64,000 bases of DNA from Ranitomeya imitator (GCF_032444005.1 NC_091288.1:217682001-217746000); one strand, 5' to 3'. Positions 46,313 through 57,439 are shown, counted from the stretch's first letter. Program-made: numbers and translations. Notes: generated from the letters alone by a model not told the origin.

Positions 46313-47794
46313 CTAGCTTATCTTAACCCAGGCATCATCCTCCACCCAAAACGCAGCATGAAGAGGGGAGTTGAAGATGGTCTTGTAGGAGTACAGGTGG
46401 CATATGGGGTCACTTAGTTGATAGAAAGAAAGCTGACCGGCCTCATGGTCCAGATAGATTAAATATCTCTGACATGAATACCCTACATCTACGTGAATTA
46501 CTTCTGAGTTATGCGTCACTGAATACCTATTGCTTGATCTCTTGAGGACCCAGGAGCGATCATTGATGCCGAGGAAGGAGAGAGTACCTTTCCTTTCTAT
46601 GGTAGAATAGGCCACCCCTATCATCCAGTCCCCACAGTCACTTGCTTCCACCTCCCACGAATGCCGTCCTGAAGAAAAGCTTTTGGTGCCAAGGACCTGA
46701 ACGCAGTAAAATTTTTCTGGTCTTTCTGGACGTCTTAAGTTAAGCTTTGATTTGCAGGCGGTCTTCAGGTCTCCTGAGATCAAAACATAATCTCCAGCTG
46801 TCTTTTCATCCAGTAATATCTCAGAGGCCTCCAACAAGTGAAGTTCTTCCATTATACTTACATTAGACACGATTTTGGCCAGATTTCTGTGCAAAGTCAA
46901 AGAAATGAGAACTTCATCCAGACTTTTTACTTGGTTGCAAGGGTCATCGCTCATCTTTCTGCCGTAGCCATCTGATACAGTCAGAGATTCCGGTAGACGG
47001 ACTGTTAGGATAGTTAATGGGTCAGTCATCTGACAGAGTTTCTCGATATCGAATATCTGCTTTGATATATTGTCCACTTTTATTTCCAGTTCTTGGATCT
47101 GTTCACAAAAGGAGTGCATAACTTGCTCTTCCTGCCGTGAGACCTCCCTTAAGACACGTCTTTCAAGGGCATTTAACTGTGCCCTCATATCAGAAAAGAG
47201 AACGTCTACTTGCTCCTTTATGGCTTTTGTTTTATATTTCGTGCTTTCCTTTTCTGACTCTAAGTCCTTGATTCTATTTTGAGTCTTTTCCTTCCTTAGG
47301 ATTCGTCTTCTCAACAAGCCCACAAGTTTCTCTTTCTTCTTCTCAGAAGCCCTCTGTAGTAGTTGCACAGTGTGTCCCTTATGGTCTCCAATTAAAAAGC
47401 AGGAGACACAGATAACCGAGTCATCTTCGGGACAGTAGTACTTAAGTATCTCGTTGTGGATGGTACATTTTTGGCAACGTAATGATAAGGTGGGCTCTAT
47501 TAAGACGTGATCTGGTGCATTATTGTGGACGGTGAGGTGTGTTTCACACAACGAAGCTTCACATACACGGCACGACTTCACAGCAGGGACAGAAAGATTC
47601 ACGCAGTAAGTGCACAAAACCTCGCACTCTTTCTCGGTTTTTGTCTTACATTCGAAGCATTGTTCATGTTCCTGAAAGGACTCATTCGTGCAATCTTCAC
47701 AGACAACATGTCCACATTTCAGAGTCACAAGACTGGAACAGAGGTATAGGCAGGTGAAACAGGTCTGGTCTTCAACCATTGCAGCAGATGCCAT
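46313..47794 (-). CDS. Single-coding-exon TRIM E3 ligase (RING, B-box1, B-box2, coiled coil, PRY/SPRY B30.2), TRIM25/finTRIM-like, 493 aa
   Basis: Uninterrupted ORF with C3HC4 RING (CFTC..CGH..CEDC..CFEC), B-box1 (CTYC..SCRVCEASLCETH..H), B-box2 (CTIH..C..C..C..HKGH) and B30.2 (QVLGTKSFSSGRHSWEVE, LDHEAGQLSFY, FNSPLHAAFWV). The true ATG is at 47794 (MASA); the track start at 47818 is a GTG. Confidence 0.93.
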   Translation of the reverse strand: MASAAMVEDQTCFTCLYLCSSLVTLKCGHVVCEDCTNESFQEHEQCFECKTKTEKECEVLCTYCVNLSVPAVKSCRVCEASLCETHLTVHNNAPDHVLIEPTLSLRCQKCTIHNEILKYYCPEDDSVICVSCFLIGDHKGHTVQLLQRASEKKKEKLVGLLRRRILRKEKTQNRIKDLESEKESTKYKTKAIKEQVDVLFSDMRAQLNALERRVLREVSRQEEQVMHSFCEQIQELEIKVDNISKQIFDIEKLCQMTDPLTILTVRLPESLTVSDGYGRKMSDDPCNQVKSLDEVLISLTLHRNLAKIVSNVSIMEELHLLEASEILLDEKTAGDYVLISGDLKTACKSKLNLRRPERPEKFYCVQVLGTKSFSSGRHSWEVEASDCGDWMIGVAYSTIERKGTLSFLGINDRSWVLKRSSNRYSVTHNSEVIHVDVGYSCQRYLIYLDHEAGQLSFYQLSDPICHLYSYKTIFNSPLHAAFWVEDDAWVKIS

Positions 47795-48466
47795 CCTGGA
47801 AGAGAACTGGCGATCCACAGAGTGATCTTCTGTTTTCTTGCTAGAAATACACGCAAACTTGTTTTACCTGAATCCCAGGGAAACTTGTAAGACATTGCAA
47901 TAAAGAGATAAACTCTATTCCTGTCCTGTAAATAATACAAAGGGTCATTACGTACATGCAGCTTTATGCAATATTTGCATGAAGTCACAGGTTTTTATCA
48001 GGATAAAGCCAGTTGTAAACTAGGGGTTTCTAGAGGCTGTTTCCTAAAAACTTGTCCTTCATTGCTGTCTGTGTTAGTTGTCATCATCTTCGAAGACAAT
48101 GCGCAACTTATAATGATGATCTGAACAAAACAAGTTATTGGGGTCTGCCATGATCTGAATTTTCATTTATGGGATGCAGTTGTCTTGACATCCATTAATG
48201 GGATTCAGTTGGTTGGGACTTACACTGATAATATAGGAAATATCATAACAGTTCTTGGTTGACGTGAAGAATTTATTGAGGTGTCAGCGAGGCATGGTTA
48301 CTTTGCAAGATGATCAGTGCTTCAATCCACCCAGACATCGGTTAAAGCCTGTTAAGAGCAGTGTAAAGAACAGTTCGTGGAACGTTTTACCAATTTCTGG
48401 GATTTTTTAATGCATATATCGTAATATTGTATATATTACTGTACATGTCATTGTATATATTGCACA

Positions 48467-49051
48467 GAGAAACGTAGAAAGAACAGCGCTCCATCCGGGT
48501 GTAGAATTTCTTAGAACAAATTTATTAAAGCCATAATCAAGCAACGTTTCGACCGGTATACGGTCTTTGTCAAGCATAAAACACAACAGGGGCAGCCATC
48601 TTAAATAGCAAGGGTGCCACACAGTGCACCAATCACCATCGATCACCTCCCCCACATATAATACATAACATCTAGAAAAAACAGACATCAATATTCAATA
48701 TCTACATGTATCACAAATGAACCATCTTATAATATAAAAAACACCACAAAACGCCGTACAGATGCAGAGTTACTCCCATATTCATCCTGGATTCATACGG
48801 TGTTCTTTCCTGTATATTCGTTTCCATAGGGACACTCAGCCAATCATAGGATCCGTTTATGCTTGACAAAGACCGTATACCGGTCGAAACGTTGCTTGAT
48901 TATGGCTTTAATAAATTTGTTCTAAGAAATTCTACACCCGGATGGAGCGCTGTTCTTTCTACGTTTCTCTGACTACATTGGGTCCGGGACGGTTCCCTGG
49001 ATGGTGAACGGACGCTCCGATATAGAGTGCTGTCAGCCGCTATTTACTCTT
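48467..49051. mobile_element. Young Penelope-like insertion with a perfect ~115-bp inverted repeat and hammerhead-like motifs
   Basis: Arms 48466-48580 and 48856-48970 are exact reverse complements. The element is flanked by a 16-bp direct repeat TTGTATATATTGCACA (48451-48466, 49052-49067) and is absent from paralog A. Confidence 0.8.
48857..48899 (+). ncRNA. Minimal type I hammerhead ribozyme-like motif, U3-A8 variant (mirror copy on the - strand at about 48537-48579)
   Basis: TTGACAA-A-[GACCG TATAC CGGTC]-GAA-ACGT-T, with an imperfect stem I (TTATGC / GCTTGA). Activity is untested. Confidence 0.6.
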
Positions 49052-49143
49052 TTGTATATATTGCACAATGATTTTTTCTGTAGGTTTTCACATTTTCTAT
49101 AACAACTATGTGATAAAAACCTGGGACGGGTTAAAACGTCTAA

Positions 49144-49564
49144 GGCTCCTTTCACACTAGTGTCGGAATCTCCCCGTCGCAATGCGTCGGGGAGAGATTC
49201 CGACGCTAGCGTTTGCTGCATTGCACAATGGAGGCAGCGGATGCATTTTTCCGGCGCATCCGCTGCCCCATTGTAAGGTGCGGGGAGGTGGGGGCGGAGT
49301 TCCGGCCGCGCATGCGCGGTCGGAAAAAGCGGTCCGTCGGGAGAAATAAACGTTACATGTAGGGTTTTTTTCTCCCGACGGTCCGCCAAAGCACGACGCA
49401 TCCGTCGCAAGACGGATGCGAAGTGTGCCAATCCGTCGCAAATGCGTCGTCAATAGAAGTCTATGGGGAAAAAACGCATCCTGCAAGCACTTTTGCAGGA
49501 TGCGTTTTTTCTGCAAAACGACGCCATGTGACGGATTTAAAAAAACGCTAGTGTGAAAGTAGCC
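49144..49564. mobile_element. PIF/Harbinger-type MITE
   Basis: TAA|GGCTCCTTTCACACTAG...CTAGTGTGAAAGTAGCC|TTA. The empty site CGTC-TTA-GCATC is at about 12977-12988 in paralog A. Confidence 0.88.
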
Positions 49565-49685
49565 TTAGCATCATATGTATCTCCATGCATTTTGACATGT
49601 TGTTTGTGCCTGCTACTATAATAAAATCACGCATGACTCAAAATTCCACGAGAGTGCGTCCGATTCCTCTATACTAAGGTCTAGG

Positions 49686-51112
49686 TGTCACGATTCCCCT
49701 GACCGCTGTCACCAATTGGTCAGGATTCACACCGTGACCGTCACCCCTACGTCACGGATTGAGGTGACTTTAGGCCAACAGACGGCTATCACATGTGCAG
49801 GGGGGCTTATCTTAGTTATCCCTCCACTCCACGATGTGATGAAAAACCACACACAAGGCTATTGACCTCTTAGTTTACAGCAGGGGCTTATTTTAGGTAT
49901 CCCACTGCTTTTCTATATACCACGAACTGCAGGGATTTATGTATATCCCGCTTACAGTTCCACTTAACACTTGCAGCTCTCTGGCGCCCCCCTTACTCTC
50001 AGGTCAGATTAGGTACTGCACCTAGGGTAATTAGTCGCCAGACAGGCTGCCTGCTATGTACTGGCTATTGGGCACGCTGCAGCGACGCGATAAACTACTC
50101 CCACTTAGGCAGGAACAATAATTATCAACGCCGCAGTCGCTATAACGCCACCCAACTACCCAGTACAAAATGTATGCTGCCACCAGCTTCGATTAAATGG
50201 GTCCGAAGCTAACCCAACACAACAGTAGCGTATTTCCCTTCAGAAGACGTAGGGTACGGTTTAGAACTGGAGAATGAACTAACATATAATATTATATCCC
50301 ATAAAAAATTAGGCAGTGCTTTATCAAAAATATTTTATAAAGATATTACAAATGAGACAATTGCAAATAGGTACACGGGTAATTATAACATAAAGGGAAT
50401 AAATGAGAAAAAGCAACACTCACATGTTCAAAGCATGACAGGCAACCAGGCTAGGGCAGTTTTCCATACATCCCAACTCATGGGATGTACTCAGCTCTTC
50501 CAGGAAAATAGGACAAGAAGGAAGCTGGGGATGTGTGCAGACAGTTATAGCTTAAGCCTGTAACATCCCAGAAAGGGGTTGGATCACCTCGTCCCTCCTA
50601 CCTCTTCAGTTTACTGATTTTACCCTAACCTATATCTAATTTCTATAATTCTGCTACAAAACATCTCATAGTCCTAACAAATCCATCATTCATCTCGGAT
50701 TAACGTGAGCATTCTAATGAGATCAAAGATGTCCTATCTGGGATACATATTTACAGAGAAAACCCTACTTCTTTACCAGACGGAGTTAGAAGCCCGTGTT
50801 TCGGGGAATGGGTAGGTACACCAAGTGAGAATAAGAATATATATTTTCGTATGTCTAGCTTAAATCGTTTGCCTAATATCTAACAAAAACTAAACAAAGA
50901 ATCTCTCATGGATCCTCGAAGTTTCTACTTCACTTATAGCTGAACAAGAGCTTACACAGGAAATGCCGGTCGTAAATACTTTTGGCTCTCCTAACCCCCA
51001 CACTCTCTGAGAAGGAAAGCCAGGAATTTGCAGTATCACTCCAAGAAGGGGGGCTTAGCCCACGCAGGCTAGCAAGAGAACTACTTATGATATTTCATAC
51101 CATATCGTGACA
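49686..51112. mobile_element. Solo LTR (1427 bp)
   Basis: TGTCACGAT...ATCGTGACA termini and a 5-bp TSD CTAGG (49681-49685, 51113-51117). The empty site is at 13097-13101 in paralog A. Confidence 0.9.
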
Positions 51113-51570
51113 CTAGGTTTCGCACAGCCTGTACCCTTAGCCTGTTAGACCCTCCACAGTACGACCACTACGCTGATCCTAACTGGCCAAGATCCAGGTG
51201 GACCAAAATAAAGGAAAAAACAAAAATATAACAAAAAAGACCTAAAAAATATACTTTAATGACAATAATTAAAACTAGGAACCACATAAATCAAACTATA
51301 AACCTATAGTAGGGAGCCTAAGAATTAGGATCTGGTAGTCGTTAGATACAAATGATTATAGGAAAGGACTAGGGAGGATAGAGGTGCCAATGTTTATATT
51401 TAGGCTTACATTTCCATCTGCTTTCAGTCGGTCTGTTATTCTATTTGTCGCCATGAGGTGGGGATATTGTGCAATGGGCTATTTGTATTTTACATCCTAT
51501 ATACCGTATTTGTACTTGTTGGCTGTGATGTCATATGAAAACAACGCAAAATTTCTCCATATGGACTAGG

Positions 51571-52192
51571 GAGTCCTCAGTGGTTGATACCTTTTAATGG
51601 CTAACTGAAAAGATGGTAACAAATTGCAAGCTTTCGAGACTACACAGGTCTCTTCATCAGGCAAAGACTAAAACAAATTCTGAAGAATCACATTTATGCA
51701 CAACATGGCATAAAAAAAAAAAAGGAAGAGTCTGGGAATATAAACTGATGACGCCCTTTGACACTCACACTGCAGGAATGAATGTGTTGCATGGATTTAT
51801 GTCTTTTTACATCAACTAAGGAACTTGCCCTTCAGACTGTGTGGGGTCATCACAACAGAGACCCTAATCACAGGACAATAAAATAATCCTTATCTAACAA
51901 TTGGCCCAATATTTATGGACGTAACTGTTTATCACCCATGGTAATTCTGCTTCATGTCACCTGGCTTATCCATGTTTTTTTCTTTTCTTTTTTTTCTACG
52001 CCATGTTGTGCATAAATATGTGATTCTTCAGAATTTCTTTTAGTCTTTGCCTGATGAAGAGACCTGTGTAGTCTCGATAGCTCGCAATTTGTTACCATCT
52101 TTTCAGTTAGCCATTAAAAGGTATCAACCACTGAGGACTCTCAATTCTAAATATTTTTCTGTCTACTGGCTAACACGGTACCAAGATATATT
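51571..52192. mobile_element. Penelope-like inverted-repeat element (arms about 51571-51709 and 52000-52140)
   Basis: About 140-bp near-perfect inverted repeat, each arm containing CTGATGA-A-GAGAC..GTCTC-GA(A/T)A. Confidence 0.75.
51624..51664 (-). ncRNA. Minimal type I hammerhead ribozyme-like motif, canonical C3-G8 core (mutated mirror copy at 52047-52088, +)
   Basis: TTGC-CTGATGA-A-[GAGAC CTGTGTA GTCTC]-GAA-AGCT-T-GCAA: stem I TTGC/GCAA, a 5-bp stem II and a palindromic stem III. Confidence 0.7.
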
Positions 52193-53045
52193 TACACGTG
52201 CTGCGCCGATTCTTTGGAATGCACTACCTAGGTTAATACGATTAATCCCCAATCCCCACAGTTTTAAGCGTGCCCTAAAAACTCATTTGTTCAGACTGGC
52301 CTACCGCCTCAATGCATTAACCTAACGATCCCTGTGTTGCCTATTTATAATAATAAAAAAAAAAAAAAAAAAAGTTCCTCGCATCATGTTCTCATACACT
52401 TTATGCAGTATTAGCCCTCTGTGTCTGTACTGCTACATACTTAGGCAGGTAAGGCTAGGTTCACACTAGCGTTGCGCCGCCCTGCGTCGGCGACGCAACG
52501 CACGTAAAAACGCGCGCAAACGCGCGCGTTTTGCGACGCGTGCGTCGTTTTTGACGAAAATCGGACGCACAGAAAATGCTACAATGTAGCGTTTTCTTGC
52601 GTCCGACGCTAGCGTCGGAAACGACGCACGTGGCGAAAAACGCCACCAAAACAACGCACGCGTCCCCTATGTTAAACATAGGGGCGCGTCGCCGCTGCGT
52701 CGCCGGCGCAACAGCGACGCACATTGGCGGAACGCCAATGTGAACGTAGCCTAACTGGTTCATGCAGCTTTACATGAACACCTGAGCCTTACACTATAGC
52801 TGGTCCGAATAACTAAAGCAATTGTTACCATCCACCTCTCGCGTCTCCCCTTTTCCCCATAGTTTGTAGCTTGCGAGCAGCAGGGCCCTCATTCCTCCTG
52901 GTATCTGTTTTGAACTGTGATTTCTGTTATGCTGTAATGTCTATTGTCTGTACAAGTCCCCTCTATAATTTGTAAAGCGCTGCGGAATATGTTGGCGCTA
53001 TATAAATAAAAATTATTATTATATATTATTATATTTCTTTCCTGT
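52193..53045 (+). mobile_element. L2 LINE 3' fragment interrupted by a Harbinger MITE (52453-52751)
   Basis: FTRAAPILWNALPRLIRLIPNPHSFKRALKTHLFRLAY is a typical L2 ORF2 end. The tail is GTAAAGCGCTGCGGAATATG...(ATT)n. The MITE has a TAA TSD. Confidence 0.8.
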
Positions 53046-53554
53046 ATCCATATGGACTCACATTCAACTTCATGTTTCATGGAGTATTTATTGAATAATT
53101 CATAAATAAATACTGTTCGTGCATCCATATTTGACTTTGCAGTAGATCCCCTTTTTATTCCGGTTTTATGTCTTGTTAGTTATTTATATATATGTTTAAT
53201 AAAAACTCATTATTTTATACTTACCTCATTATTTTTTATTGGAGTACTTCTTTTTGGGTTTATAGATTGACAATAGCCTTATGACCAGTCATAACTGCCA
53301 TAAATGAAGCCCGTTGACTGTTATGGGGCCTGTTGAGTTTGCATTAGGTTGTCATAGAGCAGTCTACTGCTACTTTTCTTGCCATTGCAACAGAGTCGGC
53401 GTGAATGAAGTTTAGAAATTACCCAGTAAAGGGGTTGTCAATGCCCTATGCCGAGTCTATCATTTACTTCACTGCAAGTAGAGCTGCAGTACTGGAGAGC
53501 GGCCAATACATGGTACACAGCACTGTTCTGGCTTCTTCCCCTTTGTATGGAACC

Positions 53555-54835
53555 TGATGGTTGGGGGTGCTGGATTTAGAAACCCACCGTACAGTGCTGT
53601 TCTGTCTTCGTACCCTATATGTATGGGATCCGATTATTGGCGGTGCTGGATTTAGGACCCCACCATACAGTGCTGTTCTGTCTTCGGACCCTATGTATGG
53701 GATCTGATTGTTGAGGATGCTGGGTTTAGGACCCCACCATACAGTGCTGTTCTGTCTTCATACCCTATATGTATGGGATCCGATTATTGGCGGTGCTGGA
53801 TTTAGGACCCCACCATACAGTGCTGTTCTGTCTTCTTACCATGTCTACGGGACCTAATTGTTGGGGGTGCTGGATTTAGGACCGCACCGTACAGCGCTGT
53901 TCTGGCCTCGTACCCTGTGTATGGGATCTGCTCGCTGGGGGTGCTGGATTTAGGACAACACCAAACAGCGCTGTTCTGTCTTCGTACCCTGTGTACAGGA
54001 TCTGATTATTGGGAGTGCTGGATTTAGGACCGCACCGTACAGCGCTGTTCTGGCCTCATACCCTGTGTACTGGATCTGATTGTTGGGGGTGCTGGATTTA
54101 GGACCCCACCGTACAGTGCTGTTCTGGCCTCATACCGTGTGTACTGAATCTGATTGTTGGGGGTGCTGGGTTTAGGACCCCACCGTACAGCGCTGTTCTG
54201 GCTTTGTACCCTATCTACTGGATCTGATTGTTGGGGGTGCTGGGTTTAGGACTGCACCATAAAGCGCTGTTCTGTCTTCGTATCCTGTGTACGGGACCTG
54301 ATTGTTGGGGGTACTGGGTTTAGGACCCCACCGTACAGCGCTGTTCTGGCCTCGTACCCTGTGTACGGGATCTGCTGGTTGGGGGTGCTGGATTTAGGAC
54401 TCCACCATACAGCGATGTTCTGGCCTCAGACCCTGTGTACTGAATCTGATTGTTGGGGCTGGGGTTTAGGACCTCACCATAAAGCGCTGTTCTGGCCTCA
54501 TACCCAGTGTACTGAATGTGATTGTTGGGGGTGCCGGGTTTAGGACCCCACCGTACAGCGCTGTTCTGGCCTCATACTCTGTGTACGGGACCTGATTGTT
54601 GGGGGTGCTGGGATTAGGACCCCACCGTAGAGCGCTGTTCTGGCTTTGTACCCTGTCAACTGGATCTGATTGTTGGGGGTGCTGGGTTTAGGACTGCACC
54701 ATAAAGCGCTGTTCTGTCTTTGTACCCTGTGTACGGGACCGGATTGTTGGGGGTGCTAGGTTTAGGAACCCACCGTACAGCCCTGTTCTGGCCTCGTACC
54801 CTGTGTACTGAATCTGATAGTCGGGGGTGCCGGGT
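53555..54835. repeat. 74-bp minisatellite, about 17 copies
   Basis: TCTGATTGTTGGGGGTGCTGGATTTAGGACCCCACCGTACAGCGCTGTTCTGG... at 54001, 54075, 54149 and onward. Confidence 0.93.
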
Positions 54836-55039
54836 GTAGGAACTCACGGATATGATATCGTTTACCCGTCTTACGTATAGACTTTCTCTCTGGGCCCTGG
54901 ACAACCCCTTTAAGATCTTCTTACACCGGAAATCTTTGATTTCATCTTGGTAAGCGATTCCAGGCAAAGAAGACTGAATATTCGGATGTTCCCATGTTCG
55001 AGGGTTCTTGTTCTCCTCAGGGATATCTTCAGGACGTCG

Positions 55040-56370
55040 TGTGGCCTCCCCGCCGTATCTGCTGCGTGTGTCATGTGACCTCCCTGCCGTATCTGCTGCG
55101 TGTCATGTGACCTCCCTGCCGTATCTGCTGCGTGTGTCATGTGACCTCCCCACCGCATCTGCTGCGTGTCACGTGACCTCCCCGCCGTATCTGCTGCGTG
55201 TCACGTGACCTCCTCGCCGTATCTGCTGCGTGTCACGTGACCTCCCCGCCGTATCTGCTGCGTGTCACGTGACCTCCTCGCCGTATCTGCTGCGTGTCAT
55301 GTGTCCTCCCCGCCGTATCTGCTGCGTGTCATGTGACCTCCCTGCCGTATCTGCTGCGTGTGTCATGTGACCTCCCCGCCGTATCTGCTGCGTGTCATGT
55401 GTCCTCCCCGCCGTATCTGCTGCGTGTCATGTGTCCTCCCCGCCGTATCTGCTGCGTGTCATGTGACCTCCCCGCCGTATCTGCTGCGTGTCACGTGACC
55501 TCCCCGCCGTATCTGCTGCGTGTCATGTGACCTCCTCGCCGTATCTGCTGCGTGTCATGTGACCTCCTCGCCGTATCTGCTGCGTGTCATGTGACCTCCC
55601 CGCCGTATCTGCTGTGTCATGTGACCTCCCCGCCGTATCTGCTGTGTCATGTGACCTCCCCGCCGTATCTGCTGTGTCACGTGACCTCCTCGCCGTATCT
55701 GCTGTGTCACGTGACCTCCTCGCCGTATCTGCTGCGTGTCATGTGACCTCCTCGCCGTATCTGCTGTGTCATGTGACCTCCCCGCCGTATCTGCTGCGTG
55801 TCATGTGACCTCCCCGCCGTATCTGCTGCGTGTAATGTGACCTCCCCGCCGTATCTGCTGCGTGTCATGTGACCTCCTCGCCGTATCTGCTGCGTGTCAT
55901 GTGACCTCCTCGCCGTATCTGCTGTGTCATGTGACCTCCTCGCCGTATCTGCTGTGTCATGTGACCTCCCCGCCGTATCTGCTGTGTCATGTGACCTCCC
56001 CGCCGTATCTGCTGTGTCATGTGACCTCCTCGCCGTATCTGCTGTGTCATGTGACCTCCCCGCCGTATCTGCTGTGTCATGTGACCTCCCCGCCGTATCT
56101 GCTGCGTGTCATGTGACCTCCTCGCCGTATCTGCTGCGTGTCATGTGACCTCCCCGCCGTATCTGCTGCGTGTGTCATGTGACCTCCTCGCCGTATCTGC
56201 TGCGTGTCATGTGACCTCCTCGCCGTATCTGCTGTGTCATGTGACCTCCTCGCCGTATGTGCTGCGTGTCATGTGACCTCCTCGCCGTATCTGCTGTGTC
56301 ATGTGACCTCCTCGCCGTATCTGCTGTGTCATGTGACCTCCTCGCCGTATCTGCTGTGTCATGTGACTGA
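55040..56370. repeat. 30/32-bp minisatellite, about 42 copies, each with GTCAYGTGAC
   Basis: Unit GCCGTATCTGCTG(CG)TGTCATGTGACCTCC(C/T)C. Confidence 0.96.
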
Positions 56371-56559
56371 CCTGTCCGCCACCTGTCGCCATCGTGACCG
56401 CGCAGACATACAATACACAAAGCCGCTTCTTCCACACATGTAAATTGGCTGCCTGGTAATTTTCCCTCCATTTTCCCTCCACACACTAGTTTAGCCAGGG
56501 GGTGACTGATAACTAGTAGTAGAACTAGTAAGGTGAGGTTTCCACACATTCCCTCCCTA

Positions 56560-57060
56560 TAGCGCTGCCCCCCGGTCCCGGCACGTGTAATATCCGCTCC
56601 CTCAGCAGCCGCCTCCTCTCACATTTACCTCAGAACAAGTTCCTGTCAGAAGAACTCGACGCCTCTGCGCACAGCCCGCTCGGAAGCCACGACGCCCCGC
56701 CCACTGTTACCATGGAGCTAGCAGGCGTAGCCGTCTGTTTTGCGCCTGCGCAGTATGTCGTCCCGACTACTACCTGCTTGCGCCAGTCAGCTGCTCCAGG
56801 CCGGGTGCGTTGTGTTCGGGCTCCGCGCTCAGCACCTGCTACTCCCGACCAATCACAGCGCTCCTGGCAGGTAAGTGGGTCCTGAGCTGCCCCTGCGTCC
56901 TATCAAAACCGCGCTCCGCTTGATTGACGTTTATTTCGACCAATCACCCTGGGAACTGCTGGTAGTGGCATCATATCACCCCTATCATAGTATACATCCG
57001 CGCCCCTCAGCCTGCCGGCGTAATCCAGTCACCATGGTGATTACTCACTGCACTCCTAGG
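56560..57060. promoter_or_regulatory. CpG-rich, probably bidirectional promoter of NUDT9
   Basis: High CpG density. GC box at about 56694-56703, NRF1-like TGCGCCTGCGCA at 56741-56752, CCAAT at 56849 and about 56939. Donor CAG|GTAAGT at 56871 (+) and GAG|GTAAAT at about 56629 (-). Confidence 0.7.
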
Positions 57061-57439
57061 CCTTGGGAAGGTAACATCTGACAGCCATGGGATAATATAA
57101 TCATTTTCACCTGTTTAAACCTCCCCCGCCCACCGCTGTAATGGTCCCTTCCAGTAATAGTTTCCAGAGATCATGTGACCACAGCAGCCAATCCCTGATC
57201 TTGTGCCTCTACCAGAGGCTTGTGATTGGCTGCAGCAGTCACATGGGTATCTGTGATGTCATCACTATGGGGAAATGACCGATCCGAGCCGCCTGCATCC
57301 GAGGACGGCGCTTGTATCCGAGGTTGTACAGCAGCACAGAGTGTTTCAGCGTGTTGGAGCCATGTTTTATGATGCTGTACTGATCCTGTCGCATCTTCCC
57401 GCCTGCGTCTAGGGGTGAGGTGTGTGACCGGACGTGTGG

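Noticed and set aside
47795-47818. MDRQFSSR N-terminal extension of the TRIM
   Set aside because: The track start is a GTG upstream of a splice acceptor. The first ATG is 47794.
54880-55040. Exon-like minus-strand frame (EDIPEENKNPRTWEHPNIQ...)
   Set aside because: No recognisable homology, no convincing acceptor, and it runs into a MITE-like AAGGGGTTGTCC end. A tBLASTn or RNA-seq hit would be needed.
55294-56549. Multiple repetitive ORFs (SCDLPAVSA, MTQQIRRGGH)
   Set aside because: Products of the 30/32-bp minisatellite.
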